Of a stretch of 64,000 bases of DNA, positions 10,543 through 19,960 are shown in pieces (the first letter of the stretch is position 1; each line of letters starts with the position of its first letter). A model generated the notes under the pieces. That model had not been told where the DNA came from. It searched no databases and saw nothing but the letters and a program-made list of their open reading frames with translations. The DNA comes from Alphaproteobacteria bacterium (GTDB taxonomy: Bacteria; Pseudomonadota; Alphaproteobacteria; JAGOMX01): NCBI GenBank assembly GCA_041738135.1, contig JBGSQK010000018.1:4103-68102 (forward strand). Direction: 5' to 3'. The position numbers were made by a program, and so were the translations under genes.

Positions 10543-11410
10543 CTTCGTTTCTACGCAATTCAATGGCCCTGTCATATAGAATTTTCTTCGACATGCCTGT
10601 CAAATGAGAGACTAATGAACTGGCCTCTTTGGTTGAGATGACCTGTAGTAAACATGACAGTGCCTGATCCATATGAGGATTCAATGTTTCTTGCTTTTCC
10701 TCAGCTCCTTTTATGAGCAAGACAATCTCACCCTTTAAAACGCCCTCAGATTGGTAATATTGTAGGAGCTCGTCAGCTGTTCCCCGCCTAATATTTTCAA
10801 AAGTTTTGGTTAGCTCCCGTGCGATACAGACCAACCTATTACCCAAGGAAGATTTGATAATTTCCAATGTGCTTAATAACCTATTGGGCGTTTCAAAATA
10901 GATGAGGGTATGTCCAAAGTTTTTCATTTCTTCAAGGCAACGCCTTCTATCCGTTTCCTTTGCGGGCAGAAATCCACCAAAGTAGAAATGGTCTGATGGC
11001 ATGCCTGAAGCAGATAAAGCCGCAATGGGTGCTGACGGGCCGGGAATAGTTATTACCTTGATTTCAAGATCGTGACATTGCGACACTAGTTTGTATCCGG
11101 GGTCAGAGATAAGCGGGGTGCCTGCATCACTTATAAGGGCAATAGACGATCCATTCTGCAGTTTTTCCAAAAGGACGGGCCTCATCTTTTCGGCATTGTG
11201 CTCGTGATAAGAAGAAAGCGGTGTGGAAATACTGTAATGCGAGAGAAGTACGGACGACTGCCTTTTATCTTCACAATAAATTATGTCCACCGTTTTTAGT
11301 GTTTCTATGGCTCGAATAGTGATATCTTGTAAATTGCCGATGGGGGTGGCTACAATATACAACCCAGAAGGCAATTTACTTTTATCTGATAAATCTGTAT
11401 TTCTATACAT
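10532..11410 (-). CDS. rsmI: 16S rRNA (cytidine1402-2'-O)-methyltransferase RsmI
   Basis: The LYIVATPIGNLQDITIRAIE...DIIYCEDKR N-terminus fits the tetrapyrrole-methylase fold of RsmI. It sits divergent to lpoA, as in the E. coli yraL-yraM-yraN locus. Confidence 0.85.
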   Translation of the reverse strand: MYRNTDLSDKSKLPSGLYIVATPIGNLQDITIRAIETLKTVDIIYCEDKRQSSVLLSHYSISTPLSSYHEHNAEKMRPVLLEKLQNGSSIALISDAGTPLISDPGYKLVSQCHDLEIKVITIPGPSAPIAALSASGMPSDHFYFGGFLPAKETDRRRCLEEMKNFGHTLIYFETPNRLLSTLEIIKSSLGNRLVCIARELTKTFENIRRGTADELLQYYQSEGVLKGEIVLLIKGAEEKQETLNPHMDQALSCLLQVISTKEASSLVSHLTGMSKKILYDRAIELRRNEDEE

Positions 11411-11423
11411 AGTGCTACGCTAC

Positions 11424-12629
11424 ATGGAGGCTTTCGTGAAGTTATTAACGACGAGATCAATTCTCTTTTCAACCCTTATCCTGATATTAACAGGATGTCA
11501 ATCCGGACGTGACGGACCAACGCAAATAGGTGTGGGAGAACCCTCTGGAGGGCCGATCGTTTCTAAGCACTTACCCGCTCAAGCATCACAAGAATTCCTC
11601 CCTGGAAGCCAGGTGCCGACCACTAAGGTAGCAATATTGTTGCCATTAACAGGGCAACAGGCTCATTTAGGAAACGCTATGTTGAATGCGGCGCAAATGA
11701 GCCTTTTCGAGAATGCGCCAGACCACGTGGAGCTTATATCTGAAGATACGCAAGGCAATCCTGAAGGCGCTGCGCGAGCCGCCGATAAGGTTATTCGTGA
11801 GGGTGCAAAAATAATCGTTGGCCCCCTATTTTCCAATGAAGCTATTGCTGTAGCCAGAGTTGCTTCTATGCATCAAGTCCCTGTCCTAACGTTTTCAAAC
11901 AATCAATCCGTTGCCAATCAAAACGTTTATGCGTTGGGGTATATGCCGGAACAGCAAATGAAAAGATTGTTTACGGTCGCACAAAGCAAAGGTATCAACC
12001 AGATCAGCCTCTTGGCTCCTAACAATGAATCGGGTAAGGCAATCGGCATGCAAGCTGAAAATGCGGCTAGATCTGCGGGAGTTCAGTTAAGAACTTTGGG
12101 CGCTTACAAACCCGGTGCCATGGATTTAAAGCAACAAGCAACTGAGTTAAAGCAATCGGGAAGCCAAGCCGTGCTTATACCAGAAGGTGGACAACAGTTG
12201 CGCATTATCGTTGCTTCTTTACTGGCCAATGAGGTAGACGCTAGTAAGGTTAAGTTTTTGGGAACGGGCCAATGGGATAGTCCTGACGTTTACAATGACA
12301 AAAGCCTAAACGGCAGTTGGTTTTCTGCCTCCCCCATTTCTTTGAGACAACAATTTATAAAAAAGTATACTTCCAGCTATGGTCAACAACCCCCTCGGCT
12401 GGCAACGTTGGCCTATGATGCCATATCTATGATTTCCCTAATTGCCAGAACCAAAGGATCCCAACAAGGCTTCTTTAGCCAAGACTTAACTCAACCAAGA
12501 GGTTTTCAGGGTATAGATGGAATATTCAGACTTTACCCCGATGGCACAGTGCAAAGAGGTCTTGCTGTCTATGAAATATCAGATGTTTCTGGCCTGACAG
12601 TTGTGAGCCCAGCGCCGGAAGCTTTTTAG
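11424..12629 (+). CDS. lpoA: penicillin-binding protein activator LpoA-like periplasmic-binding-fold lipoprotein
   Basis: Lipobox LILTGC and a Leu/Ile/Val-binding-protein-like fold. The position between rsmI and yraN is conserved. The start is taken at MEAFVKLL. Confidence 0.6.
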   Translation: MEAFVKLLTTRSILFSTLILILTGCQSGRDGPTQIGVGEPSGGPIVSKHLPAQASQEFLPGSQVPTTKVAILLPLTGQQAHLGNAMLNAAQMSLFENAPDHVELISEDTQGNPEGAARAADKVIREGAKIIVGPLFSNEAIAVARVASMHQVPVLTFSNNQSVANQNVYALGYMPEQQMKRLFTVAQSKGINQISLLAPNNESGKAIGMQAENAARSAGVQLRTLGAYKPGAMDLKQQATELKQSGSQAVLIPEGGQQLRIIVASLLANEVDASKVKFLGTGQWDSPDVYNDKSLNGSWFSASPISLRQQFIKKYTSSYGQQPPRLATLAYDAISMISLIARTKGSQQGFFSQDLTQPRGFQGIDGIFRLYPDGTVQRGLAVYEISDVSGLTVVSPAPEAF

Positions 12630-12683
12630 ATCAGTTTTGCACTAAGGATAAGGGTCTTCAAAACTCTCATCGTATTTTGAAGA

Positions 12684-13091
12684 TTATTGCTGCGGGACTG
12701 TATTTTCTTTAGCCGCAGCCCCTATGGCTGCGCCTCCATTTGCCCCAAAGAATTTTGTTTTAGCTGTTATGCCTTCCTTAGCTTTTTTTGCTGCAGTTTC
12801 TTCGTACTTTTTATTCAGCATCTCTCGAAGTTCATTGCAACTATTTTTGCAAGCAGTCTTTAACGTGTCTTTACATTCAACCAAAGCGGCATTTCGTGCA
12901 TTTACGGTTTCAGTATCCTTATAGAGCTCAGGAAACTGAGTTTCGCAAGCCTGTGTAATTTTGACTTCCTCATCAGGAGTATCACAGTTGGTCAGACATT
13001 GAGTGACGACTGAGTCGGATTGTGCCGCAACCTCATAACTAATAATGACAGTGGCAGTCAAAACTAAAAGATGTTGAAAGTATTTGCTCAT
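12684..13091 (-). CDS. hypothetical secreted Cys-rich protein
   Basis: 135 aa with an N-terminal signal peptide and 8 Cys residues. No family was recognised. Confidence 0.4.
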   Translation of the reverse strand: MSKYFQHLLVLTATVIISYEVAAQSDSVVTQCLTNCDTPDEEVKITQACETQFPELYKDTETVNARNAALVECKDTLKTACKNSCNELREMLNKKYEETAAKKAKEGITAKTKFFGANGGAAIGAAAKENTVPQQ

Positions 13092-13203
13092 TTTTCTTCC
13101 CTAACTAACCCCTTCTGGGGAGTAATCTACAGTTGTAAATAAATTTTACTTATTAAAGGTTACCAATGAATTAAGAATCTAGATTTATATGAACCCGCGT
13201 TTG

Positions 13204-13470
13204 TTATGTTCTTACCAATAATTCTTTCTGCAATTTTGAGAGTTTTTTGATTCTAATCTCAGCACGCAGAGCATCTTGTTTACAATCAAATTTGGCATTA
13301 TAGACAAGCTCCATTGGCTGTTTACCCCTAAGGTATTTGGCGCACTTAGGTCCTTGTTCTTGATGCTCGCAAAATCGTCTGATCAAGTCCAGGGTAATAC
13401 CCGTATAGAGGGATCCATCATTACAACGGATCATATAAAGATACCATGTTTGAGGGGCTGAGTTAGTCAT
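13204..13470 (-). CDS. GIY-YIG nuclease superfamily protein (UPF0213-like)
   Basis: 88 aa. WYLYMIRCNDGSLYTGIT...R...H fits the GIY-YIG motif layout. Confidence 0.65.
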   Translation of the reverse strand: MTNSAPQTWYLYMIRCNDGSLYTGITLDLIRRFCEHQEQGPKCAKYLRGKQPMELVYNAKFDCKQDALRAEIRIKKLSKLQKELLVRT

Positions 13471-13505
13471 GGATATACACTAACATTCCTGCTGTGAAAA
13501 TTGGT

Positions 13506-16178
13506 CTACTTTTGTAACTCAGATATAGCTGCCGTCACCAATTTCTCAGCCTCATCGATATTATCAGGAAGTACCCCACCGGCTTGAGCCATGTCAGGTC
13601 TGCCACCACCACCTTTACCGCCCAGGGCTTCGGCAGCTATTTTTACCAGATCAACGGCGTTGATTAGGCTCGATTTATCTTGAGTCACGCTGATCACTAC
13701 CGAGACTTTACCATCTATGACGGATGTTAGCATAATGACACCGGAGCCAATCTGCTTTTTAAGTTGATCTGCAATGGGTTTAAGATCGTTGGCTGGAACG
13801 TCCTCTAGTGCGCGATGCAAGAACTTAACACCACCGAATTCCTGAACAGAAAGCTCTTCCGATCCTTTTGCGCCAGAGGCCATTTTTTGTTGAAGCGTTT
13901 TGATATCTTTTTCAAGCTTCTTTTTGTCCTGAATTAGGGTATCGATTTTCTCAGCCAGATGCTCAGGAGAACTTTTTAAGAGCTCTGCGCCGGTGGTTAG
14001 TTGTTGTTCTCTGGTTTGTATATACTCAATAGCTGCATGGCCTGTAAGTGCTTCTATACGGCGAATGCCTGAAGCAATACCAGTATCGGACAAGATCTTA
14101 AACAATCCGATGTCACCTGTCCGTGTTACATGGGTGCCGCCACAAAGCTCTAGAGAATATTCTTTTTCCGGATTGAGGGCTTTTTCAAAAGGTCCTCCCA
14201 TGGATACGACGCGAACTTCGCCTTCGTATTTCTCACCAAAAAGAGCCATGGCGCCCGTTTGCTGCGCTATCTCCGACGTCATCAGACGTGTACGAACATC
14301 TGTATTAAGTCTTACTCGTGCATTGACTTCATCTTCGATGCTTTTAATCTGCTCTGAGGTCAACGGCGAGTTGTGACTATAGTCAAAACGCAAACGATCG
14401 GGAGCCACAAGCGAACCTTTTTGCACAATATGTGTGCCCACTTGATGCCGCAAAGTCGCATGCAATAGGTGCGTGGCAGAGTGATTGGCGCGCAACTGAT
14501 TGCGTCTAGCTTCGTCAGCTTGCATATTAACGGTATCACCCAATGATAGTGTGCCGTCAATAACCTCACCCACATGGACAATCAAGTTTTTAACCTTGTG
14601 CAGGGTATCAGATACCGAGAAAGTCATTTTATCGGTAGATAAAAGCCCCGTGTCACCCATTTGTCCGCCCGATTCGGCATAGAATGGAGTTTGATTGGTA
14701 AGGATGGCCACTTTTTCGCCCTTAGAGGCTGATTGAACGGCTTTACCGTCCTTTACTATGGCGAGGATGCTTCCTTCCGCATGTGTGCTGGAATAGCCCA
14801 AGAATTCGGTGGAGCCATGAAGGTCCATGAGTTCAAACCAAACTGTCTCTTGCTTGGAGTCACCGGAGCCTGACCATGATGCTCTAGCGTCAGCTTTTTG
14901 TTTATCCATAGCTTTTTGGAAACCTGCTGTGTCAACAGTACGTCCTTCAGCTTTGAGCACATCTTCTGTCAGATCCAGTGGAAAACCGAAAGTGTCGTAG
15001 AGTTTGAAGGCTATTTCGCCTGGCAAGGATTGGCTATCGGCAAGCTTTGCGGTTTCATCATTTAGTAACCTTAAGCCCCTGTCCAAGGTTTGCTTGAATC
15101 GGGTTTCTTCTATGTCGAGGACTTCTGTTAGAAGTGATTCTTGTTGAGCAAGCTCAGGAAATGCCGCACCCATTTCTTTAACCAGGGCTGGGACCAGCTT
15201 ATACATTAAGGGAGTTTCACATCCCAGAATATGTGCATGCCGCATGCCGCGGCGCATGATACGCCTTAACACATAGCCGCGCCCCTCGTTGGAAGGCATA
15301 ACGCCATCAGCTATGAGGAAACAGGACGAGCGCATGTGATCGGCAATAACCCGGTGCGAAACAATTTCTTCAGGCGTACGTGCTTCCCGGCCGATGGCGT
15401 TTTGTGATGCATGAATTAGGTTGCGGAACAGATCAATGTCATAATTATTGTGAACCCCTTGCATCACAGCAGCCACGCGTTCAAGCCCACTGCCCGTATC
15501 AATGGAGGGCTTGGGCAATGCAATCATCTTGGCGCCGGCTTCCGGGATTTCATACTGCATGAAAACCAGGTTCCACAACTCCACAAAACGATCACCGTCT
15601 TCATCGGGGCTGCCTGGAGGACCTCCTGGAATGTGACTGCCGTGGTCATAAAATATTTCGGAGCAAGGGCCGCAAGGGCCAGTCTCGCCCATGGACCAGA
15701 AATTGTCTGTGGTGGCTATGCGGATAATTCGATCGTCGGAAATGCCGGCAATTTTACGCCATAAGCCCGCGGCCTCTTCATCTTCTGAATAAACGGTAAC
15801 CAATAGCTTTTCTTTAGGAATCATAAATTCTTTGGTAAAAAGCGTCCACGCCAGTTCAATGGCCACATCCTTAAAATAGTCGCCAAAAGAAAAATTGCCG
15901 AGCATTTCAAAGAACGTATGGTGCCGGGCCGTATGACCCACATTTTCCAGGTCATTGTGCTTGCCACCAGCGCGCACACATTTCTGGCTAGAGGCGGCTT
16001 TTTTATAATCGCGCGTTTCAAGACCCGTAAAGACGTTCTTGAATTGAACCATACCTGCGGCTGTGAACATGAGCGTGGGGTCATTTTGAGGGACCAATGA
16101 AGACGAAGGCACGACCTTATGGTCGTGCCTTGCAAAATAGTCTAGGAAATGTGTTCTTAATTCTGACGTGGTTTCCAT
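13506..16178 (-). CDS. alaS: alanine--tRNA ligase
   Basis: 890 aa. The class II core (FTAAGMVQFK), the editing-domain HxxxH...CGGTH motif and the C-terminal DHHA1 domain (GGKGGGRPD) are present. Confidence 0.95.
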   Translation of the reverse strand: METTSELRTHFLDYFARHDHKVVPSSSLVPQNDPTLMFTAAGMVQFKNVFTGLETRDYKKAASSQKCVRAGGKHNDLENVGHTARHHTFFEMLGNFSFGDYFKDVAIELAWTLFTKEFMIPKEKLLVTVYSEDEEAAGLWRKIAGISDDRIIRIATTDNFWSMGETGPCGPCSEIFYDHGSHIPGGPPGSPDEDGDRFVELWNLVFMQYEIPEAGAKMIALPKPSIDTGSGLERVAAVMQGVHNNYDIDLFRNLIHASQNAIGREARTPEEIVSHRVIADHMRSSCFLIADGVMPSNEGRGYVLRRIMRRGMRHAHILGCETPLMYKLVPALVKEMGAAFPELAQQESLLTEVLDIEETRFKQTLDRGLRLLNDETAKLADSQSLPGEIAFKLYDTFGFPLDLTEDVLKAEGRTVDTAGFQKAMDKQKADARASWSGSGDSKQETVWFELMDLHGSTEFLGYSSTHAEGSILAIVKDGKAVQSASKGEKVAILTNQTPFYAESGGQMGDTGLLSTDKMTFSVSDTLHKVKNLIVHVGEVIDGTLSLGDTVNMQADEARRNQLRANHSATHLLHATLRHQVGTHIVQKGSLVAPDRLRFDYSHNSPLTSEQIKSIEDEVNARVRLNTDVRTRLMTSEIAQQTGAMALFGEKYEGEVRVVSMGGPFEKALNPEKEYSLELCGGTHVTRTGDIGLFKILSDTGIASGIRRIEALTGHAAIEYIQTREQQLTTGAELLKSSPEHLAEKIDTLIQDKKKLEKDIKTLQQKMASGAKGSEELSVQEFGGVKFLHRALEDVPANDLKPIADQLKKQIGSGVIMLTSVIDGKVSVVISVTQDKSSLINAVDLVKIAAEALGGKGGGGRPDMAQAGGVLPDNIDEAEKLVTAAISELQK

Positions 16179-16189
16179 TCAAGCTTACC

Positions 16190-17230
16190 TTATGCAGCAA
16201 CATCCTCGCTCGGAGATTCCACATCATCGCCAATCATCATGTCACGTGCGACATTGCTAGATTGAGAACGAATTGCTGCTTCAATTTCATCAGCAATTGC
16301 AGGATTTTCCTTCAAGAATGTTCGGGTGTTTTCTTTACCCTGACCAATCCTTTGATTGCCATAAGAATACCAAGAACCAGCCTTTTCAACAACACCTGCT
16401 TTTACGCCCAGATCAATAATTTCACCGGTCTTGGAAATGCCTTCGCCGTACATAATGTCGAACTCAACAACCTTGAATGGAGGGGCCATTTTGTTCTTAA
16501 CCACTTTGACGCGCGTTTGGTTACCGACGATTTCTTCACGATCTTTCAGCGCACCAATGCGGCGGATGTCCAGACGAATGGAGGCATAAAACTTCAATGC
16601 ATTACCGCCTGTGGTTGTTTCAGGGTTACCAAACATAACGCCAATCTTCTGGCGAATCTGGTTAATGAAAACAACCGTACATTTTGTTTTGGAAATGGAT
16701 CCGGTTAGTTTGCGCAAAGCCTGACTCATCAGGCGTGCTTGCAAACCCATGTGCGAGTCGCCCATGTCGCCTTCCAGCTCAGCCTTTGGCACAAGCGCAG
16801 CTACGCTGTCGATCACCAGAATATCAACACCACCGGAGCGAACCAAAGTATCTGCGATTTCAAGAGCTTGTTCACCTGTATCCGGTTGAGCAATGATGAG
16901 CTCATCAATGTTAACACCCAATTTACGTGCATAGATAGGATCAAGCGCGTGTTCAGCGTCAACGAAAGCGGCAACTCCGCCGGCTTTTTGTGCTTCGGCA
17001 ATCATGTGAAGCGTCAGGGTTGTTTTACCAGAACTTTCAGGACCATAAACTTCTATGATACGACCCTTTGGCACACCGCCAATACCCAAAGCGATATCCA
17101 AACTGATGGATCCTGTTGAAATGGTATCTTCTTCAACGATTTCCCTTTGGCCCAGTTTCATTACCGAACCTTTACCAAACGAGCGTTCGATTTGACTTAA
17201 TGCGGCTTCTAAAGCTTTTTGTTTATCCAT
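16190..17230 (-). CDS. recA: recombinase RecA
   Basis: 346 aa. [28 protein letters not shown]-terminus and [11 protein letters not shown]alker A are typical RecA. Confidence 0.95.
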   Translation of the reverse strand: MDKQKALEAALSQIERSFGKGSVMKLGQREIVEEDTISTGSISLDIALGIGGVPKGRIIEVYGPESSGKTTLTLHMIAEAQKAGGVAAFVDAEHALDPIYARKLGVNIDELIIAQPDTGEQALEIADTLVRSGGVDILVIDSVAALVPKAELEGDMGDSHMGLQARLMSQALRKLTGSISKTKCTVVFINQIRQKIGVMFGNPETTTGGNALKFYASIRLDIRRIGALKDREEIVGNQTRVKVVKNKMAPPFKVVEFDIMYGEGISKTGEIIDLGVKAGVVEKAGSWYSYGNQRIGQGKENTRTFLKENPAIADEIEAAIRSQSSNVARDMMIGDDVESPSEDVAA

Positions 17231-17329
17231 TTAAATCCCCTAATTTAGACTCATAGATTGTTATTTCACACTGCGTAATGTAATGCAATGGATTGATTAA
17301 AAAAGAATAAAACTTCCCTATCAATGCCT

Positions 17330-18523
17330 TTAGTCTTTCACAGCCTTTTTAGCCGGCAATTTTTTTTCAGAAGACTGCTTTTTAACCGGTGTAATCTTTG
17401 CTTCCTTGGCTGCAACCTTAGGCTTCTTTTCAGCCTTTTTCACTTTCGTCACAGGCTTTGTTTTTTTCTTAGGCAAATTAGATGATACTTCTTTTTCAGG
17501 TATTTTCATCTCTTCAGGCTTGGTTTCAGGTTCGTCATAATTTACGGGATGAATATCTTTTATGGCGATATGTTCATCGGGCTCAGCGATAGGCAAAGGC
17601 TGAATGATAACGTGCGAATCCTTAGAAATAGCATCAACGGACGAGGAAATCTCCGGCTGTGGATTTGTTTGCGCAGCCGCACCCGTGTTTTCAGCCACCA
17701 GATTCGATGCAAAAGAATGTCCTGTCATAACGCTGGCCGCTTTTTGTTCAGGCGTAAGGTGTTGCGAGCTTGCCAGTTTATGCAGGAATGCCAGATTGGT
17801 TCGCACCTGACTTTGGTCTAGATCCTGCGAGAAGTATTTGACAGCTTGATCCAAGTCACCCGATAGACCATAAGCGATAGCTAAGTTTTGTCTGTCTCTT
17901 GAAGTTGAATCACCTCCTTCAACAACAGGTGTTAGTACATTGATGGCTTCCTGAGTCTTATTGGAGAGAGCCAAAGATAAACCCAAATTTGACTTTAACA
18001 TGTTATTAGCTGGTGTAAGTGCGAGGGCGGTATTGTACCATTTCTGCGCTTCATTATGTTGCCCCATCAAATCATAACAAACGCCCATACCATTCATGGC
18101 AGCGACGTCCTTAGGGTCACCCTCATAAGCCTTTTGGTACGCATCCACACATTTCTTTGGTTTGAAACTAGCCGTATGAATACTACCCAACTCTTTATAC
18201 CACTGGGTATTCTTCATATCGATGGGAACGCCATTAAGCGTTTGTATGGCGGCATCAAAACGGCCTGTTTTTCTTAGGCAGTAACTGAGTCCTATGTAGG
18301 CGCTCGTCATGGTGGGGTCTAATTGTATGGCTTGGTCGTAGGACTTTATCGCCATCTCATAGTTTCCGGCATTACGCATGGATTCTGCGATGCGTAACAT
18401 GGCGTTAGGATTATGAGCAGCGCTCAGCTTATCGCTGTCAGCGTATGCTTCTGCCATATCTTCTTTATGAGAAGAACAAGCTGATAATAAAGCCGGTATC
18501 AATAAAAGAATTGTTTTTTTCAT
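17330..18523 (-). CDS. TPR-repeat lipoprotein with Lys/Ala/Pro-rich C-terminal tail (possibly TadD-like)
   Basis: Lipobox LLSAC and multiple TPR repeats. The C-terminal ~70 aa are KK/AK/PK repeats. The gene is divergent from cpaA. Confidence 0.5.
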   Translation of the reverse strand: MKKTILLLIPALLSACSSHKEDMAEAYADSDKLSAAHNPNAMLRIAESMRNAGNYEMAIKSYDQAIQLDPTMTSAYIGLSYCLRKTGRFDAAIQTLNGVPIDMKNTQWYKELGSIHTASFKPKKCVDAYQKAYEGDPKDVAAMNGMGVCYDLMGQHNEAQKWYNTALALTPANNMLKSNLGLSLALSNKTQEAINVLTPVVEGGDSTSRDRQNLAIAYGLSGDLDQAVKYFSQDLDQSQVRTNLAFLHKLASSQHLTPEQKAASVMTGHSFASNLVAENTGAAAQTNPQPEISSSVDAISKDSHVIIQPLPIAEPDEHIAIKDIHPVNYDEPETKPEEMKIPEKEVSSNLPKKKTKPVTKVKKAEKKPKVAAKEAKITPVKKQSSEKKLPAKKAVKD

Positions 18524-18652
18524 GATGTTAGTCCTCCCTGTAAGGTTATTTTCTGAATTTAGACCATAATTAAAGAATGAACGCAAGCGAATCTATTGCT
18601 TGTAAGGATGCTTAGGGGTGAGTTAGAGTTATTGTAAAATGGATAGAACCAA

Positions 18653-19162
18653 ATGCTACTTATGGAAATCTTTTTAATACCCCTTTGCTTATATGCAGCC
18701 ATCAATGACTTTCTTTTTTATAGGATACCAAATTGGTTGGTACTCTTAATAATTGGTGGTTACCTATTGAAATCAATCGTATTTATACTTATGGGGTCTC
18801 CCGTCAGCATCCTGATAGAGCCTAGTATAGGATTTGCCCTGGTTTTGATTTTTGGATTCGTACTATTCTCATTTCGTGTATTAGGTGCAGGGGATGCAAA
18901 ATTAATGGCCGCTTGTTCCTTGTGGATGTCAGAAATAAATACCTTTCAATTCATAGCTTTAGTAACTATATCGGGAGGAGTGCTTGCTTTAATATATCTA
19001 TTTCATAAAAACCCACTTGCATTTATTAGAGAATTGATGTTATCTAAAATTGTAGTTAAATTTGGGTTAACTACGGGAAATATAGTAAACAAAAAAAATA
19101 TGGTGCCCTATGCAGTTGCTATTTTTGCAGGTGTGGTATGGGTGGCTTTAATAAATGGATGA
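18653..19162 (+). CDS. cpaA: prepilin peptidase CpaA/TadV (A24 family)
   Basis: 169 aa polytopic membrane protein with LGAGDAKL motif. It is the first gene of the cpa cluster. Confidence 0.7.
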   Translation: MLLMEIFLIPLCLYAAINDFLFYRIPNWLVLLIIGGYLLKSIVFILMGSPVSILIEPSIGFALVLIFGFVLFSFRVLGAGDAKLMAACSLWMSEINTFQFIALVTISGGVLALIYLFHKNPLAFIRELMLSKIVVKFGLTTGNIVNKKNMVPYAVAIFAGVVWVALING

Positions 19163-19932
19163 AGCAAATGAAAGCTCGCGATCTCTTTATAATTACGTTG
19201 GCACTGGTGGTGTCTGTTGCTGTCGCTGTCGGTACTAGGTACATACTACGTGGCGGATCAGAAACAACTGCTAATGTGACTAAAATTATGGTTGCATCCA
19301 GTGATCTTAATGTTGGAACGCGTTTAGACAAAAGCAGCTTTCGTTGGCAAGAATGGCCTACTTCTACTTTACAGGCTTCATACATTACCGAGAATAATAA
19401 ACAATTGGCGGAAGAAATGGTGGGCTCAATGATAAAGCAGCACGTCACATCCGGCGAGCCTATTTTAAAAGCAAATGTGGCAGGTGATAAGGGCTATCTT
19501 TCGGCTATGATAGGAGACAATCAAAGAGCCTTTACAATCCCGCTCGATAATCGATCAAATGTGAGCGGAAAGGTTCTTCCTGAGGACTATGTGGATGTTA
19601 TCGTCGCAAGTAAAGATAAAAGTTCTCAAGGGTACATAGCCAACACAGTTGTTCGCAAAGTTAAAGTTCTTGAAATAAATGGAAATCTCGATCCTAACGA
19701 AGCAGAAGATACAGCAAAGCCTAAGGCTCAGAGCATAACTTTGCAAGTTTCGCCAAAGCAAGCTGAATTGTTAGCTGCGGCACTGCGGGAGGGAAGTCCA
19801 GTCATCAGTCTTCACAGTATGACTTCTGATGAGAATGGTGCTCCTGAACAGGAAGAAAAAGAAAAGCCAGTAGAAGATGTTATTACAATGGTTCGTGGTA
19901 GTGATGTACAAAAAGTTCAAATGAAAAATTAA
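19138..19932 (+). CDS. cpaB: Flp pilus assembly protein CpaB
   Basis: 264 aa with an N-terminal TM anchor. The position between cpaA and the secretin fits CpaB/RcpC. Confidence 0.65.
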   Translation: MGGFNKWMKQMKARDLFIITLALVVSVAVAVGTRYILRGGSETTANVTKIMVASSDLNVGTRLDKSSFRWQEWPTSTLQASYITENNKQLAEEMVGSMIKQHVTSGEPILKANVAGDKGYLSAMIGDNQRAFTIPLDNRSNVSGKVLPEDYVDVIVASKDKSSQGYIANTVVRKVKVLEINGNLDPNEAEDTAKPKAQSITLQVSPKQAELLAAALREGSPVISLHSMTSDENGAPEQEEKEKPVEDVITMVRGSDVQKVQMKN

Positions 19933-19960
19933 TAAAAACAGAAAGCTAATTGGGGGCAAT

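Noticed and set aside
13993-16135. Multiple 60-127 aa ORFs on both strands inside alaS
   Set aside because: All are embedded in the continuous 890-aa AlaS frame. They have no motifs and no RBS context.
16097-17119. Plus-strand ORFs of 203, 126 and 70 aa overlapping recA
   Set aside because: They are antisense to the highly conserved recA, and their translations are Cys/Arg-rich nonsense.
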